Positions 22,288 through 33,471 are shown, numbered from the stretch's first letter. The stretch is 64,000 bases of DNA from Candidatus Poribacteria bacterium (GCA_965208325.1 OZ242326.1:2847363-2911362), one strand, 5' to 3'. Notes: a model not told the origin generated them from the letters alone. A program made the numbers and translations.

Positions 22288-22509
22288 TTATTTGTAGCGG
22301 GGTATTGGTTTTAAGTTCGATCGAGGCGGTTCAAAATGTAACTCCAGCGCTTCTCCTAGATTGACCAATGCCTCTGCTTCGCTTCCGCCTTGACTCGCAA
22401 CATCAACCTCTAAACATTGGGCAATAAACCAGTCATCTTCTTGCCATACACTCGCCGTAAACGTTTCAATCTTCATACTCAACACGATTTCTCCACGCTT
22501 TAAGAGCAT
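22288..22509 (-). CDS. HicB-like (UPF0150) antitoxin, an orphan with no HicA partner
   Basis: MKIETFTASVWQEDDWFIAQCLEVDVASQGGSEAEALVNLGEALELHFE matches the HicB/UPF0150 fold signature. Confidence 0.5.
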   Translation of the reverse strand: MLLKRGEIVLSMKIETFTASVWQEDDWFIAQCLEVDVASQGGSEAEALVNLGEALELHFEPPRSNLKPIPRYK

Positions 22510-22534
22510 TTCTACTCTAGCGGCCTGATACCAC

Positions 22535-25500
22535 CTAAAAATCCAAACTCACCCCCATCATGACCAAGCGCGGTGAACTCCACGACAGCGGACTCGAATG
22601 CTTCCTATTGTTGAGCGGGATACCGTACCGGTCGTATGTAACCGGGTCTATCAGGTCGTCCAAATTTCTCGTGTTGAAGACGTTCCGAATATCCGCAAAG
22701 ACGGTATACGTCATCCCCGAGAGCACCATCCGCTTGCTAAGAAGTACGTCAACATTGTACGTCGGCGGGTACCGCTTCGAGTTCACGGCAGGCTTAATCG
22801 GCGCGGCAGGATTCGGCGTGTAGGGCAAGCCGCTGGCGTACCTGCCAATCATATTCGCCGAAGTATTAAACGGCAATTGAATCCCCAATGTTCCGGAAAC
22901 GATGTGGCGCTGATCCCAGTCTAAAGGGTGGCTTTCAGTCACTTCAGGCTGCTGCCGATAAAAGGTCAGGTAGCCCAGATTTCGACTCGAGCCCTTCCCC
23001 TTCGCAACGGAATACGTATAGCTGAACATCCCGGACACCCGGCTCTGACCCGTGCCCCACTTGCGAAGCGAAAACTCAAACCCTTGAACCCGTCCGTAGA
23101 TATCATTGATGAAATAACTGTAATCGTTGGTAATATCGACATGCAGGCTGCTCACAAGGTCGTTGATATTTTTTGTGAAACCGGTCAGGTCAACGGTTAA
23201 GTCGTCCGTGAGTTGCTGTGCCACGCCAACCTCGTACGCGATAGTCTTCTCCGGTTCGAGGTCGGGATTCCCCTTTCTCCGAATGGCGCCCCGCATATCA
23301 AAGTAAAGATTCTCGTAGAGATCATCGCCCCGCGGAATCTGATAATAATGTCCGTACGTAAAGTGCAACTTCGCCCGATCTGTAATCGGAAACGACATGC
23401 CGAGGCGCGGTGCAAGCGACCGCTTGACCGAAGGCTTAACCGGATCTTTGATGATGGGCAACCCGACCCTGTACACACTTTTGTCCAACTTGAATGTACC
23501 ATCCTCGTTAAGTTCGAGCGGATTCAGCGGGTCTTTAGGAATGTCGCCCTCAGGATTATACTGCTCATACCGCAAACCCGCATTGACAATCATCCCCGCA
23601 TACTCCATCTTGTCTTGCAAATACAAGCTAACACTGCCGGGCGTCACGTCATAATACTCCAAGTAGAGGTTTGAACTCCCATGATTTGTCGCTCCGAGAT
23701 AATATAGGTTCTGTGTTGAGAATTCAGCACCCGTCTGGATTTGGTGATGTGTCGTAACTTGGCTGGCAAAATCCGCTTTAACGATAGACGTCGTCGAATT
23801 GCGGTCAACCCAACTATTGTCATCGCCGGCAATGAAATAGTTTGTATCGTTGTACGCCTGCTGGGTCGGATTCCTGATTCGCCCCTCGTCCTGATTCTGC
23901 TCGAAGGTTTTTTCCGGATCCCAAGCGTTCTCCTCAAACGATTTATCCAACGGATCCCACAATTTGTCCGGTTGATGGCTCTCAAAGGAACGATGAAACT
24001 GTCCAACCGTCAGGGTGTAGAACGTGCCCGAGTTGAGATTATGTGAAAGCTGCACCGATATGCTCCGCCCATCCCGGTTCGCCACCGGAATCGCGCTGGG
24101 TAGAAAGCGCAGCGAACCGCCGTACGAGTTGGATTCTCGCTCATCCATCAACCCGCTCGCCGTCAGTTTGATGTCGGGTGTCATCTCAAACTTAAGTTTA
24201 CCCTGAAAAGTGTATCCCCTTGCGTCATTGTTAGGTAGATAGCTTTCATCCCGCCGCAACTGGCTGGCGGCGGAGAATGTCAACCGATTGCCCCATATCG
24301 GTCCGCTGAGCGCGAATTCACCTATATGCATCGGGCTAAGCTCATAATTCTTCGTGTCGTTGAATAACCCGCTGTACTGCTCCAAATCCACAACATAGTT
24401 GTCAAACAGCGTAACCTGTTTTTTCTCATAGTCAATAACCGTGCCGTCGGCGTCCTGATATGGTTGGCGCGCCGTAATGGTCTCCCCCGTATCCGGGTTT
24501 ACCTTGGGTTCACCCGATTCCGGATCGATAACCGGAAGAAGCGGATTCTTCGTCATGTCCGCATACACACCCGGGACAATCTCCGCGAATTCTACCCTGT
24601 CATCGCCCTCACGCGCTGCCAACTCCCCAACTGTAACCGTTTCACCGCGGTAGGGCGTCTGATAATCGTAAGGCTTGCCGAGAAAGATTCCCCTGAAAGG
24701 TTCAAGCGCGACAGGCCGGAAACCGTTGTCAGGATCCAGCCAAGGACCGTATAACGGGTCGCCGTGGTGCTCCGCCCACTTTCCAACGCGATACCGGATG
24801 CGTCCAGAAAATTTTTGCGTCCCGGCTTTCGTGATGAGATTAATTACGCCGGATTGCGCATCACCGTGTTCCGCATTGAAACCGCCCGTGATGACCTCCA
24901 TCTGTTCAATCGAATTCGCGTCGACACTCACACCCAAGCCCCTGAAAATCGGGTCATTAATCGGGATGCCGTCGATCAGGTATTTGACCTCCATTGAGCG
25001 TCCCCCGCGAATATGGAGCGTACCGGTCGCATTATCTACCGCGACGCCAGCCTGCGTTTGCAAAATCCCGTTCACGGTGTCACGCGGCATGGCAGCAATC
25101 TCGTCTGCTTCAATAATCCTTGTACTTTGTGTAACATCCCGCTTAATCAGCGGTTTGGTTGCCGTCACCTCTATCTCTTCCAGCGTGATAACCTCGGCCG
25201 CCTCCAACGCAAAGTTTAAGGTTGTAGTGAGTCCGGCGTAAACCTTCGCCCCCATTACAGTCTCTGAAGCGTAACCTGTGAGTTCGGCTTTTACATCATT
25301 ACTCCCCGGCGGGATGTTTGTCATGACATAATAGCCATCGTCATTCGTTGCCGCAGTGCTGCTTGTCCCGACAATTGTTACGGTAGCGTTCGTCAGCGGT
25401 GCCCTGGTCGCTTCATCGGTAATTACACCCGAAATCTTGCCGGTGATGGCGGCGTAGACGCTGCGGTTGCCTACCTCAAAACTCAGCACTGCTGCGCATG

Positions 25501-25573
25501 TCAAAAGTATCCAGAAAAAAACGCGTCTATTTTTCATTGATACCTCTCCTGAAATCAAGCATTGTGGATTCAA
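22535..25573 (-). CDS. TonB-dependent outer-membrane receptor with an N-terminal carboxypeptidase-regulatory-like domain
   Basis: Signal peptide; a CarbopepD_reg-like segment (ISGVITDEATRAPLTNATVTIVGTS...DGYYVM); a plug domain (IIEADEIAAMPRD...GGRSMEVKYLIDGIPIND); a long beta-barrel; a C-terminal aromatic residue (..SLDF). Confidence 0.85.
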   Translation of the reverse strand: MNPQCLISGEVSMKNRRVFFWILLTCAAVLSFEVGNRSVYAAITGKISGVITDEATRAPLTNATVTIVGTSSTAATNDDGYYVMTNIPPGSNDVKAELTGYASETVMGAKVYAGLTTTLNFALEAAEVITLEEIEVTATKPLIKRDVTQSTRIIEADEIAAMPRDTVNGILQTQAGVAVDNATGTLHIRGGRSMEVKYLIDGIPINDPIFRGLGVSVDANSIEQMEVITGGFNAEHGDAQSGVINLITKAGTQKFSGRIRYRVGKWAEHHGDPLYGPWLDPDNGFRPVALEPFRGIFLGKPYDYQTPYRGETVTVGELAAREGDDRVEFAEIVPGVYADMTKNPLLPVIDPESGEPKVNPDTGETITARQPYQDADGTVIDYEKKQVTLFDNYVVDLEQYSGLFNDTKNYELSPMHIGEFALSGPIWGNRLTFSAASQLRRDESYLPNNDARGYTFQGKLKFEMTPDIKLTASGLMDERESNSYGGSLRFLPSAIPVANRDGRSISVQLSHNLNSGTFYTLTVGQFHRSFESHQPDKLWDPLDKSFEENAWDPEKTFEQNQDEGRIRNPTQQAYNDTNYFIAGDDNSWVDRNSTTSIVKADFASQVTTHHQIQTGAEFSTQNLYYLGATNHGSSNLYLEYYDVTPGSVSLYLQDKMEYAGMIVNAGLRYEQYNPEGDIPKDPLNPLELNEDGTFKLDKSVYRVGLPIIKDPVKPSVKRSLAPRLGMSFPITDRAKLHFTYGHYYQIPRGDDLYENLYFDMRGAIRRKGNPDLEPEKTIAYEVGVAQQLTDDLTVDLTGFTKNINDLVSSLHVDITNDYSYFINDIYGRVQGFEFSLRKWGTGQSRVSGMFSYTYSVAKGKGSSRNLGYLTFYRQQPEVTESHPLDWDQRHIVSGTLGIQLPFNTSANMIGRYASGLPYTPNPAAPIKPAVNSKRYPPTYNVDVLLSKRMVLSGMTYTVFADIRNVFNTRNLDDLIDPVTYDRYGIPLNNRKHSSPLSWSSPRLVMMGVSLDF

Positions 25574-25854
25574 AGTTCGTTTCGGTTATGTCCTTTTATT
25601 CAGAAATTCAGAATACTCGCCAAATGAATTCTTCACTATCCTTAACACCGGTAATTCTTCGACGCTGCAACTCGCGCCCCAACATGGATTTCGCCGCATG
25701 CCTCGGACCACGCCGCCCATACTTTGCACCATTGGTCAGTTTCATCTGAAATTTTAACACATTTAAACAAGTTTCGGTAGGTGCGGTTTCCATCCACACC
25801 TGCGGATTGGAAAAATTTTTGCCGGTTCGACTATCACTTGAATTATCGATTCAA

Positions 25855-26400
25855 CTACTCCGCACGCCTCATAAGGACAAACGTACCGGTGGGCGCAGTA
25901 GAACTCAGCGTCAGCGCATCGCCCGATAAACTCCACGTGGCTTCCGTAATGGAAATTGGGCTTTGCTCCTCTCCGTAATTTAGCGTATCCCAGACATCCT
26001 TAGGTTCGAGGGTAACCTTTTCTTCCGCCGCAACGAACGACAACTGTGAACCCGATTGCGTATATTTCCCGTTTGTGGAAAAAGTTTGCTTCAGCGTGAC
26101 AGGAACACCTTCACTTTTAATGACGGCCGACTCAAATCCAAGAATTAGACTATACGAACCGTCAACGGCAAACAAAACCTCATTCTCGGCAATCTTGGTA
26201 TCAATTCCTTGAACTTGCCCTTGTACGCCGAAAGCAAACGACAAGGCGAAGGTAAGCAAGTTGGCTACTGCGCTAATGGGTTGGCCATCAATCGATACAA
26301 TCTCCCACGATCCAATCAAGGATGGCTCGTCTTCGTCACTGCTGCCGCAACCCATTACAACCAATAATATTACCATAATCACGGAAGAATTCCGCATCAT
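25855..26400 (-). CDS. Lipocalin-like lipoprotein
   Basis: Lipobox VVMGCGSSDED, then LIGSWEIVSIDGQ (a GxW lipocalin-like motif). Confidence 0.4.
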   Translation of the reverse strand: MMRNSSVIMVILLVVMGCGSSDEDEPSLIGSWEIVSIDGQPISAVANLLTFALSFAFGVQGQVQGIDTKIAENEVLFAVDGSYSLILGFESAVIKSEGVPVTLKQTFSTNGKYTQSGSQLSFVAAEEKVTLEPKDVWDTLNYGEEQSPISITEATWSLSGDALTLSSTAPTGTFVLMRRAE

Positions 26401-26613
26401 CTTTTCGATTCCCCCATACTAGCAATTAGACCAATCTGGCAAGTTGCCAACCCCGGTATTTTTGTTGTTTTTTGGTTTCAACCCTACCTTAATATTTGTA
26501 TGAAAACGACTGTGGGAGGGGTTTCCCTGCCCCGGTTATCCAGACAAAGATGCCCCTCCTACATTCAAACCATACAACCACTCTAACGGCCCATTTAGGC
26601 AACTCGCCGCGAA

Positions 26614-28167
26614 TCAACGGGTTTCTTTTCGAAGCCCCATCCACACGCAAACAGCCATACCCAATAGAACTATGGCGAACGGAAAGCCGGTCGCGAGCGA
26701 CGCCGCCTGCAACGACTGCAGTCCGCCGCCAAGCAGCAGCGCGATGGCAACCAATCCTTCAATCGTGCACCAGAAAACACGTTGCGGTACCGGTGCGTCA
26801 ATTTTTCCGCCCGCGGCAATGGTGTCAATGATTAGCGAGCCGGAATCCGACGACGTAACGAAAAAGATAATCGTCAAAAGCATGGCGACGGAAGAAAGCA
26901 GCAACGTCCACGGCAGTTCATCGAACATCTTAAACAGCGCGATTTCCAACTTCCACGCCTCAACATTCTCCGTCACACCGGTATAGCCGTCAACGATATG
27001 CTGGTGTAACGCCGTGCCGCCAAAAGCGCCAAACCACAGCAAACATAACAGCGTCGGCAGAAGTAACACAAAAATTACGAACTGCCGTACCGTCCGCCCC
27101 TTTGAAATGCGCGCAATGAATGTGCCCACGAACGGTGCCCACGCTATCCACCACGCCCAGTAGAACGTGGTCCAGCCGTGAAAAAAGCCGGTGTCCTCGC
27201 GTCCAATCCAGTTGCTGAGCGGCACAATCTTAGCGGCGTAGTCAACCAGCCCATTGAACATACTGCGGAAAATGTAGAGCGTAGGACCGAGAATGATAAC
27301 AGCCAACAGCAATAAGAACGCAAGAATTATGTTGAATTGGCTGAGTCGCTTGATACCGACATTAATTCCCGTTATCACCGATGTCAGCGCGACAGCCGTA
27401 ATGACAACAATTAACACCACCATCGTGGTATTGCTTTCGGGAACGTCAAATAGGTAATTCATGCCGGATGTGACCTGTTTAACTCCCAAACCGAGAGATG
27501 TTGCCAGCCCAAACAAGCCCGCGAAGATGGCGAAGGTATCAATGACATGGCCAGGCCAACCCCAGACGCGGTCGCCGAGCAGGGGATGAAACACCGAGCG
27601 GATCGTGAGAGGAAGGCCCCGGTTGTAAGCAAAGTATCCGAGCGCAAGTCCGACAACCCCGTAAACCGCCCAACCTTGAATCCCCCAGTGAAAGACTGTC
27701 GCCGATATGCCCGTGACTGCAGCTCCCGGCGACCCGGCGTCAATTCCGAGCGGCGGATTCTTCAGGTAATACATCGGCTCCGCCACGCCGAAAAACAATA
27801 ATCCAATCCCTACGCCTGCCGCGAAGAGCATGGCTGTCCACGTCAAATTGGAGTATTCCGGTTCCGCATCCGCGCCCCCGAGACGCACCTTGCCGAGCGG
27901 CGAGAACGCCACAACCAAACAGAACAGCGTGACAAGATTGACTGTAATCATAAACAACCAATCAAGGTTCGTCGTAAGCCAAACACGCACATCTCCAAAC
28001 AGTTTCGTCGCGCTTTCCTGAAACACGAGCGCCCCGACGACAAAGATGAGGATGGCGATTGCGGAAATTACGAAGACCGGAGTCAAATAGATATCTAAAC
28101 CGAATACCTTTCGGTACTCTCTGTCTTGCGGCAATTGAGTTTGATTTCCTTCTTCGTGCATTTTCAA
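26614..28167 (-). CDS. BCCT-family (betaine/carnitine/choline) transporter
   Basis: The BCCT signature WTTFYWAWWIAWAPFVG plus 12 predicted TM segments. Confidence 0.9.
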   Translation of the reverse strand: MKMHEEGNQTQLPQDREYRKVFGLDIYLTPVFVISAIAILIFVVGALVFQESATKLFGDVRVWLTTNLDWLFMITVNLVTLFCLVVAFSPLGKVRLGGADAEPEYSNLTWTAMLFAAGVGIGLLFFGVAEPMYYLKNPPLGIDAGSPGAAVTGISATVFHWGIQGWAVYGVVGLALGYFAYNRGLPLTIRSVFHPLLGDRVWGWPGHVIDTFAIFAGLFGLATSLGLGVKQVTSGMNYLFDVPESNTTMVVLIVVITAVALTSVITGINVGIKRLSQFNIILAFLLLLAVIILGPTLYIFRSMFNGLVDYAAKIVPLSNWIGREDTGFFHGWTTFYWAWWIAWAPFVGTFIARISKGRTVRQFVIFVLLLPTLLCLLWFGAFGGTALHQHIVDGYTGVTENVEAWKLEIALFKMFDELPWTLLLSSVAMLLTIIFFVTSSDSGSLIIDTIAAGGKIDAPVPQRVFWCTIEGLVAIALLLGGGLQSLQAASLATGFPFAIVLLGMAVCVWMGLRKETR

Positions 28168-28221
28168 ATATTCTCCTTTCGGTTGGACAGACGCAGCAGT
28201 CCGTTATTGAAAGCGTAGCGC

Positions 28222-29565
28222 TTAGAAGTAGTAACCCAAGTTAAAGTTAATCCGCCAATTCCATGCGTCATTTCCGTTGGCGCCATAGTCGCCGGCACCT
28301 GTATAAATGTTGGCGTAGTCCTCGACCTTTCCGTCGGCGTCGACATTCCCGACAAATCCGTTGCCGTTGGAAAGTGCCAAATCACTATAGACGTACAAGG
28401 CGCCAAACAATGTCCAGCTAGCGCCAAGTGTCACCAAGGTGCTGTTGTTAAAGTTATCCACCGTTTTAAGGATAGTACTTGCTTCAAGATATGGTGTAAC
28501 ACTGTCCATCCAAGAGATTCCGGACGCATCAATACCGTTGTAGCGCAGATTCAGCGCAGGAATCAATCCCTTGGACGCTATGGGCCACGCAAAATCGTAA
28601 GCCCCCATGGGGATTAAGTCGCCAGTGCCCCACGGCGTCTCATCAGTAATGTTGTATGCATAATAGGAAAATTGAGAGTAGACCGTGAAATCCGAGAACG
28701 TGTTCTTCATGTGCGCGGAAAGCGCATAGTGATTCGCGCCGTCATCATCCACGTCCGTTCCTTTCAACAACCCGTACTGAACCGACGCGCCGACATCCGC
28801 AATATTCTCAAGTGTATAAATGCCGCGCAGGTTGAATTGGTGCTGCTCATCAAATCCGTTCTCGCCCGCGCCCCAATCGACGTTCCCGTCCGCATCGGCT
28901 TTTTCCGCCCACGTCACGATGTCGTAACTGTACCGCGAACTCGCGACGCTGCTGCCCTCCGTTTGAGGTTCGCTCTGAAGAAAGTAGCCTACATCAAGCG
29001 CCATCTTGCCCATGGTGTCGCTCCATCTGATTCCCACATCCATGTCGTCGGCAAGCCCGACATAAAAATGTTGATCGAAGAACCAACTGCTTGAGACACC
29101 ATAAGCAGTAGGCCCAAAGGGAACCCGTACGACGCCCGCTTTCACTGTGCCCAACTCGCCGAGGTTATACCCAAGCCAAGCGGTGTGTATCATACTGTAC
29201 GTGTCGTACCATCGGTATTCCAGTCTACTAATCACATTGTTATAATCCAGATCGGCATTCAGGCGGAAAATCTCAAGGTCGGCATCTCCGATGTTTTCGC
29301 TTCGGCGGTGCGGATTGTCCTCGTCGCCGTAGGTGCCGTAGGCATATCCCACCCGCATAGCGCCGCCAATCTTAATCGGGCTTTTTTTGTCCTCGGCAAC
29401 CGCAACCCATTGTGAGGCGAACAACAATACTACGAGGGCAAGGTTAAAAGTCCCGTTGTATCCCCATTTTTTCACAGCATTTATCCTTTCTAAATTTTGC
29501 AACGGCAGATTAGTAACTGCCCTGCCAATGTCTATCCGATCCGAAAATTCGCGAAGCCGTATCAT
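28222..29565 (-). CDS. Putative outer-membrane beta-barrel porin; the likely start is a GTG near 29475 (VKKWGYNGTFNLALVVLLFASQWVAVA signal peptide)
   Basis: Signal-peptide-like segment, alternating amphipathic beta-strand pattern, and a C-terminal ..NLGYYF ending in Phe. Confidence 0.5.
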   Translation of the reverse strand: MIRLREFSDRIDIGRAVTNLPLQNLERINAVKKWGYNGTFNLALVVLLFASQWVAVAEDKKSPIKIGGAMRVGYAYGTYGDEDNPHRRSENIGDADLEIFRLNADLDYNNVISRLEYRWYDTYSMIHTAWLGYNLGELGTVKAGVVRVPFGPTAYGVSSSWFFDQHFYVGLADDMDVGIRWSDTMGKMALDVGYFLQSEPQTEGSSVASSRYSYDIVTWAEKADADGNVDWGAGENGFDEQHQFNLRGIYTLENIADVGASVQYGLLKGTDVDDDGANHYALSAHMKNTFSDFTVYSQFSYYAYNITDETPWGTGDLIPMGAYDFAWPIASKGLIPALNLRYNGIDASGISWMDSVTPYLEASTILKTVDNFNNSTLVTLGASWTLFGALYVYSDLALSNGNGFVGNVDADGKVEDYANIYTGAGDYGANGNDAWNWRINFNLGYYF

Positions 29566-29730
29566 TTAGATGCCAATCGGTTTCGTGAATTGTCGGATAC
29601 GAGAACACTCACTTCCAGAGTATATCTCTAGGCGAGCCGTAATCGTCGAATACTAAACCCATAATAAACCTTATACACATTAAAGTCAACTGCAATAACG
29701 TAAATTACCACACATTTCCGAAGGCCAGGC

Positions 29731-30830
29731 CTCTCGTAGAATCCATCTCCGAATCACGGCAAACCACCTGTGGGAGCGGCTTCCAGCCGCGATATAGCTC
29801 TTGTAGGTTGGGTAGAGCGGATTCACCCATAAACCACCCATTTAAACGATCCACACCGTCAACCTAACCTCGCACAAAATTCTATGATTCGAGCGAAACC
29901 CAACGCTTTTGAAACCTCTGGCATTTCAATCGACTCGCAAACACCATCATCCCCCCTAATTCCAAACTAAACTCACTCGGTCAATCTTACAAAAACGTCT
30001 GAACTGTGATTTTTATGATAAAATGATGGGCTATGAGTTAAAGAACTCATCTCTCTGTAGGAGCGATCTCCGAATCGCGGCCACCACCTGTGGAAGCGGA
30101 TTCCAGCCGCGATATAGCTCTTGTAGGTTGGGTAGAGCGGATTCACCCATAAACCGCCCATTTAAACGATCCACACCGTCAACCTAACCTCGCACAAAAT
30201 TCTATGATTCGAGCGAAACCCAACGCTTTTGAAACCTCTGGCATTTCAATCGACTCGCAAACACCATCATCCCCCCTAATTCCAAACTAAACTCACTCGG
30301 TCAATCTAACAAAAACGACTGAACTGTGGTTTTTATGGTAAAATGATGGGCTATGAGTTAAAGAACTCATCTCTCTGTAGGAGCGATCTCCGAATCGCGG
30401 CACACCACCTGTGGAAGCGGATTCCAGCCGCGATATAGCTCTTGTAGGTTGGGTAGAGCGGATTCACCCATAAACCGCCCATTTAAACGATCCACACCGT
30501 CAACCTAATCTCGCACAAAATTCTATGATTCGAGCGAAACCCAACGCTTTTGAAACCTCTGGCATTTCAATCGACTCGCAAACACCATCATCCCCCCTAA
30601 TTCCAAACTAAACTCACTCGGTCAATCTTACAAAAACGTCTGAACTGTGATTTTTATGATAAAATGATGGGCTATGAGTTAAAGAACTCATCTCTCTGTA
30701 GGAGCGATCTCCGAATCGCGACAAACCACCTGTGGGAGCGGCTTCCAGCCGCGATATAGTCGTAGGCACACTCCGGTTTGTAAAGTTTTTGTAGGTTGGG
30801 TTGAGTCGGGATTCACCTAATGATGTACTA
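29731..30830. repeat. Tandem array of a 320-bp repeat (about 3.4 units). Each unit contains the TGTAGGTTGGGTAGAGCGG motif shared with the MITE-like family.
   Basis: Units start at about 29733, 30055, 30375 and 30695 with over 95 percent identity; no ORF spans the array. Confidence 0.9.
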
Positions 30831-32411
30831 TTTTACGTTTCGTTCTGGAAGCCTAACGACGTACAAAATACGAGGCGCAGAGAACCCGAAGACTATTGCA
30901 CTCACTATTCGTTCGCTTGATGGTTGGGTTCGCTGCCTCTTAACAAATTTCAAACACCTTCAAATACCAATATCCAGCCTACCTTTTCCAGACTTTCATT
31001 TAACCCGCTTAACCCAACCTACAAAAAAAAACAGGAACCTTCATGGCGTCGAGCGACGAATATCAACAGTACGAAATTCAAACCCACAAATTTCAGCCAA
31101 AATTACAGTTTTTACAGTCCATAAAAAAAGGGGGTAATTTTTGCGGCGTATGTTGTCCGAAATAAATTAAAACGCTCCTGTTAGGCTGGGTTGCGGGGAA
31201 GTAGATTTGGGATTTTTGATTTGCTTTTTTTGTGAGTATTTGGGACATGCGAAAATTAGCGAAAATGGGCGTGAGGCGAGACAGGGAGCGGGTTTGGGGC
31301 GTTGAGTATTTTTGAGTATTTGAAAAAATAAGTTGAGAATGCTCAATTTTGAAACCGCGGACGAGTTGATTGATTCAGCCATCATAGTTTGTGTAGGTTG
31401 GGTAGAGCGGATGATTCCAAAACGGTATTGGTAGCAATCAACCGTTACGAATTTCTAACAATGCTGTTGTCAACACACGCAGAGCGAAACCCAACCGGCA
31501 AATACTACTACAAACTGAACTGACTAATTCCTATTTAAATTGTTTACAGAGATGCTACCTTCACTGTTTAGTTCGTGTTTGGGAAATGAATTGTGCGTTC
31601 TTAGGGCGGCATTACCGAAAAAAATCAACTTCTCTGGGGAAATGCGTTATATTAAATCATCGCGGAAACCGTGTCAACACGCAAACCTTGCTCAGAATAA
31701 CATCTATACTGCATAGATCTCGGTTGAATTCGGTTGTTAAGAGGACGTGCGGGGACAGCCGTTTCAGCCGAAAGAGCGCGTCATACGCTTTACCTGTAGT
31801 GGTCAAGAGGATAGTTTGCGGACGGTGCCGCTTGCATCGGAAAATCCTCCCCCTTGCTAAGGAGGAGTTAGAGGGTTCAGATGCGTTGCACCCCCGCTAG
31901 GTGCCGTCAGTGTCAACCTTCTCATGGACCAATACAGTTATTCACGGTAACAGGGATTCGCCTGAGAAAATCGTTGTACAGATACATCCCGTTATGGTTA
32001 AATTTAATGACTGATTCTGTGAAAAATTCATAGTTTTCATAGTTTTCCGACGCAACACAACCATTTGATGGCGGTGAACAATGGGCGTAAATTCAGTCTA
32101 GCACTAATCTTCGCGTGGTTGATGCTAGATTTGGCTAAGAAGTTTACTATGAAACTTTAGTGTTTTTCAGGTGGAGGAATGCGATAGGGGTTAACAAAAG
32201 CGGGGAATCGGAGGCGTGCCTTTATGTCGTACAAGGTGAGGAGTGGGCGGCGGACGGAGGCAATAATAGGCAATCATGGGCGTAAATCTTAGCCGATGCT
32301 CATCCCTGGCGTATCCGGACGACTAGCGGGTTTGAGAATGTTCGCCGCCGTGAATTTTTCAAGGGTTTAATCTGTAACATAAAAAAGGAGGGTAATGCCG
32401 TGTTTAACAGG

Positions 32412-32790
32412 TCGTGTAGGTTGGGTTGAGCGAGCAACCGACTGAACAGGTAGCGCGATAGTTCTAACCTTCAGTGAAAATTAACATGACGGAGCGTAAA
32501 CCAACGTTTTTCGTATTTCCGAACCGCTTCCAATAAACTAAACGCCCCGCAATATCCAAACACAGTCTGAACTGTGACTCGTATGATTAAATGATGGGCT
32601 ATGATTGAGGGAGCACATTATCATTCGGTGTTCGCAGAGAAGGTGGGTTGACATCAATCAACCGGATAATTTCTTGTAGGTTGGGTTGAGCGGTGTTGAG
32701 AAACCGACGCATGTTTGCCGCGGGCGTTGCGTGTTTTGATTGTGTTCAAAATTCGAATCAATGAAGCGTAACCCAACGTTTTTTGCATGC
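32412..32790. repeat. Two further degenerate MITE-like copies (32412-32630 and 32674-32790) in the non-coding region
   Basis: gtgtaggttgggttgagcg...ggagcgtaaaccaacgttttt ; ttgtaggttgggttgagcggtgttgag...aagcgtaacccaacgtttttt. Confidence 0.6.
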
Positions 32791-33296
32791 GAAGTGTATC
32801 GCTAACTGGTGGTGCTTGAAGCAAAAAAACTGGAGATCGCTATTGCACTCGCTCTTCGCTCATTTGGCGGTTACGTTACGTTCAGCGTGATTTACGAATC
32901 AAGTCGTACAGAAATCGGTATGGATCTTGGCATAGGTCTGGAATTGAAAACGCCAGACGAAAGAAAAGTAGTGGGATTGGCCACGGGCTAAACCGAACCT
33001 ATAAGCACTGACACGCCAATAATATTTTACAGGGCAGCATTTTTCAGGGTTTGGAAATGGAAGCGATCCAAGGAGAATATCCAATGACACGTACCAAGGC
33101 GATTGACAGAGTTAAACTTCCGGCAAATAGTGGCAGCGTGAATAGGAGGGACTCAGTTAAATCAATTCTCGACACGCCAGAGGTTGTAACGAAGGAAGTG
33201 TTTGAATCTAAATTAGATAGGAACAAAAAGAAAAGCGAGAACTCCAGCAAGAAGAAGTGAGTAGCAAAGAGACCAAGATAAGTTACCCCCATAACT

Positions 33297-33471
33297 TACC
33301 CCCATCCTTTAGACAGAAAATAAGGGGATTTAAGTAATAAAGTCCGACTAATTCTGGTCAATTTTCAACGCCTGAAGTTAGTGAAAATACACCTCGTATG
33401 GTGTACGGTATTCGAGCGATTGATGTGACCGCTCTCGCTTGTAAAAATTGAAATAATCTCTCAACCGGCGC
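33297..33471 (-). mobile_element. IS3-family right-end remnant (copy 2, truncated)
   Basis: About 90 percent identical to 2962-3140 (terminal sequence plus the last roughly 25 codons of the transposase). Confidence 0.6.

Noticed and set aside
22560-25241. Multiple antisense ORFs (60-190 aa) inside the TonB-dependent receptor gene
   Set aside because: They sit on the opposite strand of a well-supported 1012-aa gene and have Arg-rich antisense composition. These are shadow ORFs.
29731-30830. Possible CRISPR array
   Set aside because: The period is 320 bp with no short repeat-spacer alternation, units are near-identical throughout, and there are no cas genes. It is a tandem duplication, not a CRISPR.
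31586-31900. 104-aa ORF in the non-coding tract
   Set aside because: It is Arg/Cys-rich with low complexity, has no homolog-like features and sits in a repeat-rich region. It is probably spurious.
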